Shown here: positions 48,616 to 59,382 of the stretch, in pieces
Numbering within the stretch: position 1 is the stretch's first letter
Layout of the letters: every line of letters begins with the position of its first letter
NCBI GenBank assembly: GCA_963664825.1
Contig: OY761614.1
Span: forward strand, 224,001-288,000
Length of the DNA: 64,000 nt
Source: an uncultured Holophaga sp.
GTDB taxonomy: Bacteria; Acidobacteriota; Holophagae; Holophagales; Holophagaceae
Direction: 5' to 3'
Made by a program: the position numbers and the translations under genes
The notes under the pieces: generated by a model
Seen by the model: only the letters and a program-made list of their open reading frames with translations
The model's database searches: none
What the model was told of the DNA's origin: nothing

Positions 48616-49089
48616 ATGGGGCATCATAGGAAGGTGCGAACTCTCAGCCTACCAAAGCCAGCCCTCACCTTCCTAGTTTCGATCCCCCTGGGGCTCGGAA
48701 GTATTACATGCGCGCGCAAGGGAGACCCCATCCCCCGGCCTCGGATCGAGGCCCAGGCCTGCCTGGCCCGGTGGGAAGCCTTCCGGATCCTGGAAGTGAC
48801 ACTGCCCACGGCGGATATCAAGGGTAATTCCCTGGTGGGCCTCGAGGCCGTGAGGGTCTACCACCTGCCCCTGGGCAGCGCCCGCCCCAGTTCCGCCGAA
48901 GTGCTCGCCAGGGGCGAGGTGGTCCTGGAAGAGCGACGGCCGGACCTGCCCTCTCCGGGGAGGAGCTTTTCTATGGACCTGAAGGCCATCGGCCGCCCCA
49001 GCGGCTGGATCGTGGTGGCTGCCGTCCGCACAGGCAACGTGGTGGGCGCGCCCAGCGAGACCCTGCCCTGGCTTCACCCGGCGATCTGA
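48616..49089 (+). CDS. Hypothetical lipoprotein
   Basis: Hydrophobic stretch then ITC-ARKGDP.P; start uncertain (GTG 48633 region possible). Confidence 0.65.
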   Translation: MGHHRKVRTLSLPKPALTFLVSIPLGLGSITCARKGDPIPRPRIEAQACLARWEAFRILEVTLPTADIKGNSLVGLEAVRVYHLPLGSARPSSAEVLARGEVVLEERRPDLPSPGRSFSMDLKAIGRPSGWIVVAAVRTGNVVGAPSETLPWLHPAI

Positions 49090-49112
49090 GCCCCCAGGAG
49101 TTCCAGATCCTC

Positions 49113-51944
49113 ATGCCCACGCGTTTTCAGCCAGGCCAGCGTTGGATCAGCGATAGCGAGCCCGAACTCGGGCTCGGAGAGGTCCGGGCCCTCAGCCCCC
49201 GGACGGTCACGCTCTGGTTCGGGGCCTCCGAGGAGACCCGGGAATATCGCTTAGAGAGCGCCCCCCTGCGCCGCGCGACCTTTCGCCCGGGGGAGACCCT
49301 CCGGAACGCCCAGGGCGAGGCCTGGATCGTGGATTCCGTGAGCGAACGAGAGGGCCTCTTCTACTACGCCTGCGGGGCGTCTGAAGTATGCGAAACGACC
49401 CTGAGCAGCGCCCTCAGCTCCGGGGGCCCCCAGGAGCGCTTTCAGGGGGGGCGCTTCGATAGCCCAGAACTCTTCGGACTCCGTTTTGCGGCCCAGAAGC
49501 ACCAGTACCGCAGCCGCAAATCCCAGGTGCGCGGATTCCTGGGCGGGCGCATCGATCTCCTGCCCCACCAGCTCAGCATCGCTTCCGAAGTGGCGAGCCG
49601 CCTTCAACCCCGGGTCCTGCTGGCCGACGAGGTGGGCCTGGGCAAGACCATCGAGGCCTGCCTCATCCTGCACCGGCTCCTGCTTACGGGCCGCGCCCGA
49701 CGGGTGCTGATCCTGGTGCCGGAGTCCCTCCTGCACCAGTGGTTCCTGGAGCTGCTGCGGCGTTTCAATCTCTGGTTCCACATCTACGACGAGGCCCGCT
49801 GCGGGGCCTATCCCGGCGCCAATCCATTCCTGGACGACCAGCTGGTGCTCTGTCCCTTGAGCCTGTTCACGGCCCAGGCCGGGCGCCTCCAGCAGGCCCT
49901 GGAGGCCGGGTGGGATCTCCTGGTGGTCGACGAGGCCCATCATCTGGGCTGGCCCAGTCCCGAATATGCAACTGTTGAAGCCCTGGGGAGCCAGACCCCT
50001 GGCCTATTGCTGCTCACCGCCACCCCCGAGCAGCTGGGCCTGGCCAGCCACTTCGCCCGCCTGAGGCTCCTGGACCCGGAGCGTTTCTTCGATCTGGAGG
50101 CATTCATCCAGGAATCCGAAGGCTACCGGGAGATCGCCCACCTGGCCGAGAAGCTCAAGGGGGCTCAGGAGCTTTCAGCCGCCGAGCTCGAAGGCCTGAG
50201 CCGGGTCCTAGGCACACCGGCATCCACCCTGGGGCCCCAGATCGCTCAATCCACCCCGGGGAAAGGCATCCGGAAAGCCTGGATCGATGCGCTCCTGGAT
50301 CAGCACGGCACGGGCCGCGTGATGTTCCGCAACACCCGGGCCACCATCGCGGGCTTCCCCCAGCGCGTCCCCCTCCTGCATCCCCTGGAAAGCCAGGATG
50401 CCCATAGCTGGAAGGCCCTGGCCCGGGAAGGGGCCGAGGCTTCCCAGGACCCCAAGGCCTTCAGGCCCGACTTCACCCAGGACCCGCGCATCCCATGGCT
50501 GGCCGAACTGCTGCACAACCTGGGCCAGGACAAGGTGCTCCTGATCTGCCGCACCCAGGCCAAGGCCGAGGCCATCGAAGCCGCACTGAAAAAGCACCTC
50601 CGGGTGAAGATGACGGTCTTCCACGAGGGGCTTACCCTCATCCAGCGGGACCGCGGCGCGGCTTGGTTTGCCGAAAAGGATGGCGCGCGCCTGCTCATCT
50701 GCTCCGAGATCGGCAGCGAGGGCCGCAATTTCCAGTTCGCCCATCATCTGGTCCTCTTCGATCTGCCCCTGGACCCCGCCCTCCTGGAGCAGCGCATCGG
50801 GCGCCTGGACCGCATCGGCCAAGCGGCGCCCATCCAGGTCCACGTGCCCTTCGTGCGCGGCAGTCACCAGGAAGTGCTGGCCCGCTGGTACCAGGATGGG
50901 CTCAACGCCTTCGCGGAGAACCTGCCCGGGGGCCGGGAGCTCCTGGAGCGCTTCGAACCCCGGATCCGCGCCCTCGCCCTGCACTTCCACGAGGATCCTC
51001 CGGCTTCCCAAACACAATTGCAGCGCCTGGTGGCCGACACCCAGGAGGCGAGAAAAGCACTGACCGCGCGGCTGGAGCAGGGCCGAGACCGCCTGCTGGA
51101 ATGGAATTCCTACCGGCCTGAGGTCGCCGCGGGCCTCATCGGGGAGATCGGCCGCCAGGATGCCCCGGGCGCCCTGGATGGGTTCCTGCTGGCCATCTTC
51201 GAGCTCTTCGCCGTGGAGGTGGAGGAACTGGCGCCCCGCACCTACCAGCTGGGCTCGGCGGGCGTGCTGGTGGACGCCTTCCCTGGGCTGGGCTCGGAAG
51301 GCCTCACCGTCACCTGCGACCGGGCGCGGGCCCTGGCCCGAGAGGATCTCCAGTTCCTCACCTGGGATCACCCCATGGTGACGGGGGCCCTGGACCTGAT
51401 GCTGGGCTCGGATCATGGCAATAGCAGCTTCGCCCTGTGGCCGGACGCGCAGGCCTCCGGGCTCTACCTGGAGGCGATCTACATGCTGGAATGCGTGGCC
51501 CCGGCCCATTTCCAGCTGGACCGTTTCCTGCCGCCCACCCCCTTGCGAGTGATGGTGGATCATCGCGGCCGGGATGTGGGGAAGGCCCTGCCCCACGGGG
51601 CCCTGGGCCGCCTCCTCAGGGCCGGCGAAGGCTCTGGACTGGCTCCTGGGATGATGGCCCGGCCCGAGATCCGCGAGGTCCTCCTGCCCCGCCTCATGGA
51701 CCAGACCAAGGCCCTGGCCGAACTCCGGGTGCGGGAGATCATCGCCCTGGCCCGCCAGGACATGAGCCTCCACCTCGATCATGAAATCGCCCGGCTCCGG
51801 GAACTCCGCCGGGTGAACCGCAGCGTCCGAGAACCGGAAATCGAGCTGCTGGTCCAGCAGCGGCGGGCCCTGGACCAGCACATCGGCGCGGCCCGCCTGC
51901 GCCTGGACGCCCTGCGACTCATCCATCGCGGTTTTATCCGATAA
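49113..51944 (+). CDS. rapA: RNA polymerase-associated Swi2/Snf2 ATPase RapA (HepA)
   Basis: GQRWISDSEPELGLG, LADEVGLGKTIEA, DEAHHL, LTATPEQLG, SEIGSEGRNFQFA, EQRIGRLDRIGQ, TWDHP. Confidence 0.96.
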   Translation: MPTRFQPGQRWISDSEPELGLGEVRALSPRTVTLWFGASEETREYRLESAPLRRATFRPGETLRNAQGEAWIVDSVSEREGLFYYACGASEVCETTLSSALSSGGPQERFQGGRFDSPELFGLRFAAQKHQYRSRKSQVRGFLGGRIDLLPHQLSIASEVASRLQPRVLLADEVGLGKTIEACLILHRLLLTGRARRVLILVPESLLHQWFLELLRRFNLWFHIYDEARCGAYPGANPFLDDQLVLCPLSLFTAQAGRLQQALEAGWDLLVVDEAHHLGWPSPEYATVEALGSQTPGLLLLTATPEQLGLASHFARLRLLDPERFFDLEAFIQESEGYREIAHLAEKLKGAQELSAAELEGLSRVLGTPASTLGPQIAQSTPGKGIRKAWIDALLDQHGTGRVMFRNTRATIAGFPQRVPLLHPLESQDAHSWKALAREGAEASQDPKAFRPDFTQDPRIPWLAELLHNLGQDKVLLICRTQAKAEAIEAALKKHLRVKMTVFHEGLTLIQRDRGAAWFAEKDGARLLICSEIGSEGRNFQFAHHLVLFDLPLDPALLEQRIGRLDRIGQAAPIQVHVPFVRGSHQEVLARWYQDGLNAFAENLPGGRELLERFEPRIRALALHFHEDPPASQTQLQRLVADTQEARKALTARLEQGRDRLLEWNSYRPEVAAGLIGEIGRQDAPGALDGFLLAIFELFAVEVEELAPRTYQLGSAGVLVDAFPGLGSEGLTVTCDRARALAREDLQFLTWDHPMVTGALDLMLGSDHGNSSFALWPDAQASGLYLEAIYMLECVAPAHFQLDRFLPPTPLRVMVDHRGRDVGKALPHGALGRLLRAGEGSGLAPGMMARPEIREVLLPRLMDQTKALAELRVREIIALARQDMSLHLDHEIARLRELRRVNRSVREPEIELLVQQRRALDQHIGAARLRLDALRLIHRGFIR

Positions 51945-51957
51945 TCCATCCAGGAGA

Positions 51958-52806
51958 ATGTCCATGGCAGCACTCGGCCTCTGGAACGAATTGAATCTGA
52001 TCCGACTGGCCCCGGAGGGCGCCTTCTTGCAAGGGGGGGAACAGGGCGAGGTGCTGCTCCCCTTGAGGGAAGTGCCCCCCGGCAGCAAGCCCGGCCAGAC
52101 GCTGCGGGTCTTCGTCTACCTGGACGGCGAGGATCGCTATGCCGCCAGCACCCGGGCCCCACTGGCCCAGCGGGGGGACGTGGCCCACCTGAAGATCCGG
52201 TCGGTGAACAAGGCTGGCGCGCTCCTGGACTGGGGCCTGCCCCAGGATCTCTTCCTGCCCTGGAAGGAGGTGAAGCGCGACCTGAGGCGCTCCATCCAGG
52301 AAGGCAAGAAGGCCCTCGTGATCGTCTTCCAGGATGAGGACGGCCGGGTGAGCGCGTCCACGCGCTTGGAGGAATTCCTGAGCGACGAGGCGACGGATTT
52401 CCAGGAGGGGCAGCAGGTCTCCCTGGTGATCACCGATCCCACGGATATCGGCATGCGCGTGGTCGTGGACCACCGCACCTGGGGCATGGTGCACCGAAGC
52501 GATATCTTCGGCCCCCTCACCCGGGGGGAAACCCGAGAGGGCTACATCAAGGCCCTCCGGGAGGACCACAAATTGAACGTCGCCCTCAGCGCCCCGGGCT
52601 ACGCCAAGGTCGATGCCATCGCCCAGAACATCCTGGATGTCCTGAAGCGCAAGGGAGGCTTCCTGGCCGTGACCGATAAGAGCCTGCCGGAAGAGATCTA
52701 CGCCCTCTTCGGCATCAGCAAGAAGGTGTTCAAGCAGACCCTGGGCGCCCTCTACAAGCGCCGCCTCATCCTGATCGAGGCCGAGGGCATCCGCCTTGAA
52801 AAGTAA
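51958..52806 (+). CDS. cvfB: CvfB-family S1 RNA-binding protein
   Basis: GAFL..G..EVLLP, DWGLPQDL, DKS.PEEI...FGISKK.FK..LG.LYK. Confidence 0.88.
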   Translation: MSMAALGLWNELNLIRLAPEGAFLQGGEQGEVLLPLREVPPGSKPGQTLRVFVYLDGEDRYAASTRAPLAQRGDVAHLKIRSVNKAGALLDWGLPQDLFLPWKEVKRDLRRSIQEGKKALVIVFQDEDGRVSASTRLEEFLSDEATDFQEGQQVSLVITDPTDIGMRVVVDHRTWGMVHRSDIFGPLTRGETREGYIKALREDHKLNVALSAPGYAKVDAIAQNILDVLKRKGGFLAVTDKSLPEEIYALFGISKKVFKQTLGALYKRRLILIEAEGIRLEK

Positions 52807-53368
52807 GGACGCCGTTCCGCCCCTGAAATACCTCGAGGGCTACGGCCCTGCCCTTCAGGCCCAGGTGCGCGAGCTCATCGAAGCCGGACGGCTCGGGGCC
52901 TACCTCCGGGAGCGCTACCCGGAGTCCCACGAGGCCCGCAACGATAAGGCTCTGACCCTGGCGGCCCTCGAATTGAAGAACCGCTTCCTGCGCAACGCCC
53001 CGCCCCTGGACAAGGTCATCTATGACAGCAAGCTGCGGGTGCTGAGCCACGCCCTGGGCACCCACACCGCCATCTCCCGGGTGCAGGGGCAGAGGCTCAA
53101 GGCCAGCCGGGAGATCCGGGTGGCCACGGTCTTCCGCGAGGCTCCCGCCGCCTTCCTGAAGATGATCCTCGTGCACGAACTGGCCCACATGAAGGAGCGC
53201 GATCACGACAAGGCCTTCTACCAGCTGTGCACCCACATGGCGCCGGACTACTTCCAGCTGGAGCTGGACCTGAGGCTCTACCTGACGCACCTGGAAGTCT
53301 GCGGGAACAATGGCCCATCGGCGTGCATCACGGTTCAAGATGCATTCAACTCTGATGAATGCAGATGA
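52796..53368 (+). CDS. YgjP/DUF45-like zinc metallohydrolase
   Basis: LKYL.GY, ALGTHT.ISRVQG, HELAHMKE..H.KAFYQLC; TTG start overlapping cvfB stop. Confidence 0.85.
   Translation: MKSKDAVPPLKYLEGYGPALQAQVRELIEAGRLGAYLRERYPESHEARNDKALTLAALELKNRFLRNAPPLDKVIYDSKLRVLSHALGTHTAISRVQGQRLKASREIRVATVFREAPAAFLKMILVHELAHMKERDHDKAFYQLCTHMAPDYFQLELDLRLYLTHLEVCGNNGPSACITVQDAFNSDECR
53312..53368. repeat. REP-like element (family B), degenerate copy 2 inside the 3' end of the YgjP-like gene
   Basis: atcggcgtgcatca and ttcaactctgatg blocks identical to those in 19828-19891. Confidence 0.65.
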
Positions 53369-53415
53369 AAGCCTTGGCCTGCAAGCTCCCAAGCAGGAGC
53401 CTCCGTGGGCTTTGC

Positions 53416-56400
53416 TCAGGGGTCGGCCACGAAACCCAGCTCAGTCAATTTCACCCGGATTTCCTGGAGGCTGAAGGGCTTCTGGATACAGGTGGCGCTG
53501 GGATGCCCCTTCAAGAGTTCATGGATAGCCGTGTCGCTATGGCCGCTGGCCATGAGGACCCGCTGGGCGGGTCTCAGGACCAGCAGGCGCTGGAGGGTTT
53601 CGGCGCCATTGATGCCGGGCATGTTCATGTCCAGGATCACCAGATCCACCTCCAGTCCATCTTCGAAGAGGCTCAGGGCCCCCAGGCCGCTATCCACGCT
53701 CTGGACCTGGTGACCCAGGATCTCGAGCATGGGGCCCACGGCGGCCCGGATGAGTTCATCGTCATCCACCAGCAGGATCCGCAGGGAGCTTGGGGTGGAC
53801 GTTTGCTCGGCAGGAGCCCGCTCGGAGACCTCCTGGGGCCTCGCCTCCTCCAGCACAGGGAAACGCAGGAGGATCTCCGTGCCTTGCCCGGGCTCGCTGA
53901 GGATTTTCAGCGAGCCGCCATGGGATTTCACCGTGCCGAAGACCATCGAGAGGCCCAGGCCCGTCCCCTTGCCCTGGGGCTTGGTGGTGAAGAAGGGCTC
54001 CAGGGCGCGCTTCTGGACCTCTTCACTCATGCCTTCCCCGCTGTCCTTCACGCTGAGTTGGATCTGCCCATCCGAGAGCTGGCGGGTGCCCAGGCGCAGG
54101 CCCCCTCCCTTGGGCATGGCATCCACGGAATTCACGCAGAGGTTCATCAGGGCATGGCTGAGGGCCGCGGCATCCCCGCGAATGAGGGACAGGGGTTCCT
54201 GGAGATCGAGCTCCAGCGAAATCCGTTGCAGGGTCGTGCGGGACAGGAGCTGGACCATGTCCCGCACCAGCTCGTTGAGATCCACGGGGCCCACCACCAC
54301 GAGATCCTTGTGGGCGAAGTAGAGGAGACTCCTGACCACATCGCGCCCTCGCGAACAGGCCTGGATGATCGTGTCCAGAGCTTTGGCCAGGGGGTTCGTC
54401 CCGGAGATACCCTCCCGATGAACCGAAGCCAGGCTGAGGATGGCACCCAGCACATTGTTCATATCGTGGGCGATCCCCCCGGCCAGGCTGCCCAGGCTCT
54501 CCAGTTTCTGGGACTGGTGGAGCTGAGCGGTCAAGTCGAGATTGGCGGCCTCGGCCTCCTTGGCTGCGGTGACATCCACGAAGATTTCCAGGAGCGCATT
54601 CTGACCCTCGTAGAGCATCCCCGTGTGGGTGATGAGGAAGGTCCGCCCCCCCAGCACTCCAGAACTCTCCAGCGACGTGGTGTAACCCTTCAGGATCCCC
54701 TGCTTCAGGGGACATTCGGCGCAGGGTTCCCGATCGTCCTTGTAGCTGAGCCAGCAGCGGTTCCCCAGGGCCGAGGGGCCCAGCAGGGCCTCCATGGCGG
54801 GGTTCAGGAACAGGATATTCCCCTGTTCATCGACGATATCCATCCCAAAAGGGATGGTCTTGATGAGGGTCCGGTATTTCTCTTCGCTCTCCCTCAGGGC
54901 CGCCTCCCCCCGGCGGTGCTGCTCTTCACCGGCCAGGTGATCCAGGGCGAAGGACACATCCATGGCGGCTTCCTGGAGAAGGGCGATCTCCTTTTCCCCG
55001 AAGCAGCCCGCACGCGCATCGTAGACGGCCAGGGCTCCACAGATTTCGCCCCCTTGGCGAATGGGAAAGGCGGCCACCGCATTGAAGCCTGAGCGCTGGG
55101 CCGCTTCCCACCAGAGCTTGATCTCCTCAACCCCGAGGAAATTGTTGAAGATGCAGGGGCGGCCCTCGCGGATGGCCCTGCCGACCGGGCCCAGGCCTTG
55201 AGGGGATTCATCCCAACGCACATGGAGGTCCTGGAGATATCCCGCCGTATCGCCCCATTGACCCACCACCGAGATGCCATACCCATCGGCCTCCTTCCAG
55301 CCGAACCAGGCCATCCTGAATCCACCGAATTCCACCAACACTTCGCAAATCTTGGCAAATAGGGCTTCCCTGGACTGGGTCCAGACGATGGCCTGGTTGA
55401 CCTGGCTGAGGGCCGCGTAGAGCTGGGTGAGTTTCTCGATCTCCCATGCCCGGGCGCAGCGTTCGGTGATGTCCTGGATGAACGTGAGGACAAACGTTTC
55501 GCCTTCGAGTACCACGCGGCGCCAACTGACCTGCACCGGGAAGGTGGAGGCATCCTTGCGGCGGTGGATGCCTTCGAAACGCCCCGTGCCCGTATCCTGG
55601 AGGGCCTCGAAGAGCCTCCGGGATTCGGCGGCCTCTTCGGGCAGGCGCAGATCCTCCACGCGCAAGGCTCGGAATTCGGAAAGGGTGCGTCCGTAGTATT
55701 CCTGGGCTCGCTCGTTGGCCTCCAGGATCCTCCCCTCCCCGTCCAGGAGCAGGATGGCATCATTGGCGTGCTGCAACAGATGCTCGTAGCGACTCGCCAG
55801 GATCCGGCCCTCCCGCTCCAGGACCAGTTGTTTGGATATCCTCAGGGTCTCCTGATGGCGCAGCATCAGACCCATCCCAAGGGCCACCACGCCCACCATC
55901 CCCATGAGAATGGCCCCGACGATCCAGCCGCGCAAACGCAAGGGGCCATAGATCTCCCCTTCATCGATCTTGGCCACCATGGACCAAGGCGTGCCGGGCA
56001 CCCGTCGCACAGCGGAGAGAACGGGCACGCCGCGGTAGTCCAGACCCCTCACCAGACCTTCCCGGCCCTGGACTGCGAGGATGGCGGGAAGGGCGGAAGG
56101 CCCGGACATGGGGACATGGAGCCGAAGCGCCGAATGGGGCCGGTGGCGCAGCTCATTCAGGAACAGAACCGCATCGCCTTCCCGCCGCACCAGTAGGGTT
56201 TCGGCGCTGGCACTGCGGACGGGCCAGGACTGGATCAGGGGAAACAGGAAGGACCGCGCGTCCACTTGAAGCAGGAGAAGGCCCTCGCTTGAACCGCCCC
56301 CCGGGGCCGTCCCAGGGATGGGCACCCACAGGTTCATGTGAATTTCGGCCCCGCCCGGATCCCGGTAGAGATCCTGGTTCACCAGATCCCTGGCCCTCGG

Positions 56401-57426
56401 GGCTTCCCTCACCCAAGGGGCCAGGCCCTCAACCTGGACGGTGGCCTCCGGGGGCGCCACCAGGCGAACCCTCCCCTGGGCATCGAAGAGCACCACCCGC
56501 TGGAAGAGGGAACTGCTGCAGAGGCCTTCCATCCAGGTCCGGAGTTCATCCCGAGAGGGAGCCTGAGGCGCACCCGCCAGGAAGCGCCGAAACTCGCCCT
56601 GGATCAGGGAGGACTGGAGGATTTGTCGCGCGTCCCCCTGCCGTTCCTGGTACCAATTGGCAATTTGCCCAGCCTTGAGGTCGGCGATCTCCTGGAGTTC
56701 CCCTTGAGCCGCTTCCCGGGCCGTGGCCAGTTGGCCTCTCAGATAGAGGGATCCCCCCACCAGGATCCCCAAGGCCAGACTCAGGAACACCGCCAGGAGC
56801 CCTCGGGAGTAGGGATGCTTTCCCGCCAGCGACGAGAAGAAGGCCAGGGGCCAGGTGTCCCGGCCGGGGAGGATGACCAGGGCCAGACCCAAGAGGAAAC
56901 CCGATAGGGCTGCCGGCATGGACATGAGGGTCTTCTGCGTCTGGTAGAGCAAGGGTGCACCCGCCCCGTAGCTCAGGAGAACTGAGGTGCAGGTCCCCAT
57001 CGCGAGAAGGCCCAGCAGCGCCGCACACTGCCGCTTCCAGCGACCTAAAGACGCGGCCCCGTTCATTAGGATGGCCAAGCTAGCCGCCAGCAGGACCAGC
57101 GAGGTCACGGTGGCAGGCTGACGCACGGTCGGAACGCTCTCCGTGAATCGCCCGGCGGCATATCCCATCAGCACCCCCAGGCTCACCAGGGCAACGCTGC
57201 CACCGATGACAGAGGCCAGGCGATGAAGGGCCGCGCACCGAAGGAGCACAGCCACGCTCAAAAGCAGGAATAGTCCTGCGGAAAGCGGCGCCACGGACCG
57301 ATACCCGGGGCCCATGGCGCTGAGCCCTGGAATCCCCAGGAGCACCCCCAATAGCGCAAGAAGGGCCAGGAGCCCCGAAATGGCGGAGAGGATCTCGACA
57401 AACCGTTGGCGCGGGCTTCCGTTCAC
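53416..57426 (-). CDS. Membrane hybrid sensor histidine kinase (TMs, Cache-like, PAS, GAF, PAS, HisKA, HATPase, receiver)
   Basis: GGIAHDMNN, NLCVN..DAM, EPFFTTK..GKGTGLGL, LLVDDD..ILDMNMP..QKPF; start uncertain. Confidence 0.93.
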   Translation of the reverse strand: MNGSPRQRFVEILSAISGLLALLALLGVLLGIPGLSAMGPGYRSVAPLSAGLFLLLSVAVLLRCAALHRLASVIGGSVALVSLGVLMGYAAGRFTESVPTVRQPATVTSLVLLAASLAILMNGAASLGRWKRQCAALLGLLAMGTCTSVLLSYGAGAPLLYQTQKTLMSMPAALSGFLLGLALVILPGRDTWPLAFFSSLAGKHPYSRGLLAVFLSLALGILVGGSLYLRGQLATAREAAQGELQEIADLKAGQIANWYQERQGDARQILQSSLIQGEFRRFLAGAPQAPSRDELRTWMEGLCSSSLFQRVVLFDAQGRVRLVAPPEATVQVEGLAPWVREAPRARDLVNQDLYRDPGGAEIHMNLWVPIPGTAPGGGSSEGLLLLQVDARSFLFPLIQSWPVRSASAETLLVRREGDAVLFLNELRHRPHSALRLHVPMSGPSALPAILAVQGREGLVRGLDYRGVPVLSAVRRVPGTPWSMVAKIDEGEIYGPLRLRGWIVGAILMGMVGVVALGMGLMLRHQETLRISKQLVLEREGRILASRYEHLLQHANDAILLLDGEGRILEANERAQEYYGRTLSEFRALRVEDLRLPEEAAESRRLFEALQDTGTGRFEGIHRRKDASTFPVQVSWRRVVLEGETFVLTFIQDITERCARAWEIEKLTQLYAALSQVNQAIVWTQSREALFAKICEVLVEFGGFRMAWFGWKEADGYGISVVGQWGDTAGYLQDLHVRWDESPQGLGPVGRAIREGRPCIFNNFLGVEEIKLWWEAAQRSGFNAVAAFPIRQGGEICGALAVYDARAGCFGEKEIALLQEAAMDVSFALDHLAGEEQHRRGEAALRESEEKYRTLIKTIPFGMDIVDEQGNILFLNPAMEALLGPSALGNRCWLSYKDDREPCAECPLKQGILKGYTTSLESSGVLGGRTFLITHTGMLYEGQNALLEIFVDVTAAKEAEAANLDLTAQLHQSQKLESLGSLAGGIAHDMNNVLGAILSLASVHREGISGTNPLAKALDTIIQACSRGRDVVRSLLYFAHKDLVVVGPVDLNELVRDMVQLLSRTTLQRISLELDLQEPLSLIRGDAAALSHALMNLCVNSVDAMPKGGGLRLGTRQLSDGQIQLSVKDSGEGMSEEVQKRALEPFFTTKPQGKGTGLGLSMVFGTVKSHGGSLKILSEPGQGTEILLRFPVLEEARPQEVSERAPAEQTSTPSSLRILLVDDDELIRAAVGPMLEILGHQVQSVDSGLGALSLFEDGLEVDLVILDMNMPGINGAETLQRLLVLRPAQRVLMASGHSDTAIHELLKGHPSATCIQKPFSLQEIRVKLTELGFVADP

Positions 57427-57544
57427 GGGGACATCTTTCGGGTACCGATGGGGGGTATGACCGACAGCTTGGATCCGAAACAAGGAAGGCGCAACCCCAA
57501 CACCTCAAGGGGCATTGGGAATCGCGCCTTCGAAGGACAGATCC

Positions 57545-57657
57545 TGTCGGGAACTCCCGGAGGCCGCCACTCGTGTTGGCGGGTCCCAGCTCCGGGCGCA
57601 TGCGCCCGGAGCTACCCGCTACACCACTCGTGTCGGCGGCTACCGGGAATGCACCTT
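57545..57657 (-). repeat. Structured 3'-UTR element (family A), copy after POT transporter
   Basis: Homologous ends to 34983-35090; central perfect 26-bp palindrome agctccgggcgcatgcgcccggagct. Confidence 0.65.
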
Positions 57658-59242
57658 AAGAGTGTCCGCCCATGAGCTTGTGGATGACGCGGCTCACCAC
57701 GAAGAAGAGCAGGAGGCTCATGCCGAGAGCGATGCAGGCGGCCACGAAGAACACCTGCCAGAGGGGGACACTATCCATGAAACCCGCGGCCTTCCCGGCC
57801 AGATAGGCGCCAATGCCGAGGGAGAAGAACCAGGCGCCCATGAGCTGGCTGGTGAGGTGCTTGGGGGCCAGCCGGGAGACGTAGCTGAGGCCCACGGGGC
57901 TGATGCAGAGTTCGCCGATGGTGTGCAGCAGGTAGACGCCCATGAGCCAGCCCATGTTCACCTTGGAGATGGGGTCGGCGGGGGTGGCCCGGGCCATCCA
58001 GGCCGCGGGTGCCAAGAGGAAGAAACCCAGGGCCGCGAAAAAGAGCCCGAGAGCGAATTTCACCGGGCTGCTGGGGAACCTGCCGGAACGCTTGGTCCAG
58101 ATCCACACAAATACCGGCCCCAAGCCCACGATGAGGAAGGCGTTCACGGTCTGGAACCAGCTGGCGGGGATCTCGAAACCGAAGAGCACGCGGTTGGTGT
58201 ATTCCTTGGCGAAGAGCGTCAGGGTGCTGCCCGCCTGCTGGAACACGAACCAGAAGGAGATGCTGAACAGCAGCATCATGAACACCACCATCAGGCGGTT
58301 GATTTCTTCCTTGCTGAGCCTGGGATGCTCGACGGGAGCGCCCAAGGTGGCGGCGGCCTCGGCGCGGATCTTCACCATGCCCCGGTTCACCATCATCTGC
58401 ACGACGGTCATGAGGGAACCCGCCGCCACGATTCCGAAGAGCAGCTGGGTGGGCCAGGTCTTGCCGGAGACCACGATCCAGGCCAGACCCAGGAGGATGG
58501 CGATGAGGGCCGCCACGAAGGGCAGGCTCACGGGCTTGGCCTCGAGAGCGCCTGCGGGCAGGCTCACGTCCTTGATGTGCTTGCGGCGCAGGACGAAGTT
58601 CAGGAGGCCCAGCAGCATGCCGAAGCCTGATACCCCGAAGGCCCAGGACCAGCCGGCCGATGAATTGAGGCCCACGGCGTTCAGGAAGCGGTGGAAGCCC
58701 GCGCCCTCGGCCATGAAGCCGCAGATGAGGGGGGCCACGGTCGCGCCGATATTGATGCCCATGTACTCGATGGTGAAGGCGCCATCCCGCCGGGAATCAT
58801 CCTTGGCATAGAGGCGCCCCACCGAGGCGCTGATATTGGGCTTCAAAAGGCAGGTGCCGATGGCGATGAGCACGAGGCTGGCCACCAGCCCATTCATGCT
58901 CTTCACCTGGAGCAGGATCTGGCCTGCGGCGATGAAGAGGCCGCCCACCACGATGGTGCGCTTGGCCCCCAGGAAGCGATCGGCGATCTGGCCGCCATTG
59001 ATGCTGAAGAGGTAGATCGAGAGCAGGTAGCCCCCCAGGAGGCCGCCGGCGCGCACCTTGTCGAGGCCCATGCCCCCAAGAGCGACGGGTGCCGTGAGGT
59101 AGAGGATCAGCAAGGCGCGCATGCCGTAGTGGCTGAAGCGCTCCCAGGTCTCGGTGAAGATCAGCACCCAGAGCCCGGCGGGATGCCGGAGAGGGGTGGC
59201 CTTCGCGTCCACGGTCTGCGCCTGGTTCATGGGCTTCTCCAT
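57656..59242 (-). CDS. POT/PTR proton-dependent oligopeptide transporter
   Basis: ETWERFS.YG (ExxERF), ADRFLG, KPN, GELCISPVGLS. Confidence 0.95.
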   Translation of the reverse strand: MEKPMNQAQTVDAKATPLRHPAGLWVLIFTETWERFSHYGMRALLILYLTAPVALGGMGLDKVRAGGLLGGYLLSIYLFSINGGQIADRFLGAKRTIVVGGLFIAAGQILLQVKSMNGLVASLVLIAIGTCLLKPNISASVGRLYAKDDSRRDGAFTIEYMGINIGATVAPLICGFMAEGAGFHRFLNAVGLNSSAGWSWAFGVSGFGMLLGLLNFVLRRKHIKDVSLPAGALEAKPVSLPFVAALIAILLGLAWIVVSGKTWPTQLLFGIVAAGSLMTVVQMMVNRGMVKIRAEAAATLGAPVEHPRLSKEEINRLMVVFMMLLFSISFWFVFQQAGSTLTLFAKEYTNRVLFGFEIPASWFQTVNAFLIVGLGPVFVWIWTKRSGRFPSSPVKFALGLFFAALGFFLLAPAAWMARATPADPISKVNMGWLMGVYLLHTIGELCISPVGLSYVSRLAPKHLTSQLMGAWFFSLGIGAYLAGKAAGFMDSVPLWQVFFVAACIALGMSLLLFFVVSRVIHKLMGGHS

Positions 59243-59382
59243 TGTATTGATTCATCCTGGGGCATCCGGGGTCGAGAGACAATCCGCGAAACGCCTCTGT
59301 AAGGCCCGGATCACATACCGGTTTGCCCTTTCCCGACAAGGCACGGCTCGGACCTTGTGGGACACTGGGACCTGGAGTCGAA

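Noticed and set aside
49113..53368. SNF2 helicase plus metallohydrolase as an anti-phage system
   Set aside because: The helicase is canonical RapA, the neighbours are CvfB and YgjP-like genes, and there is no nuclease, methylase or compositional anomaly.
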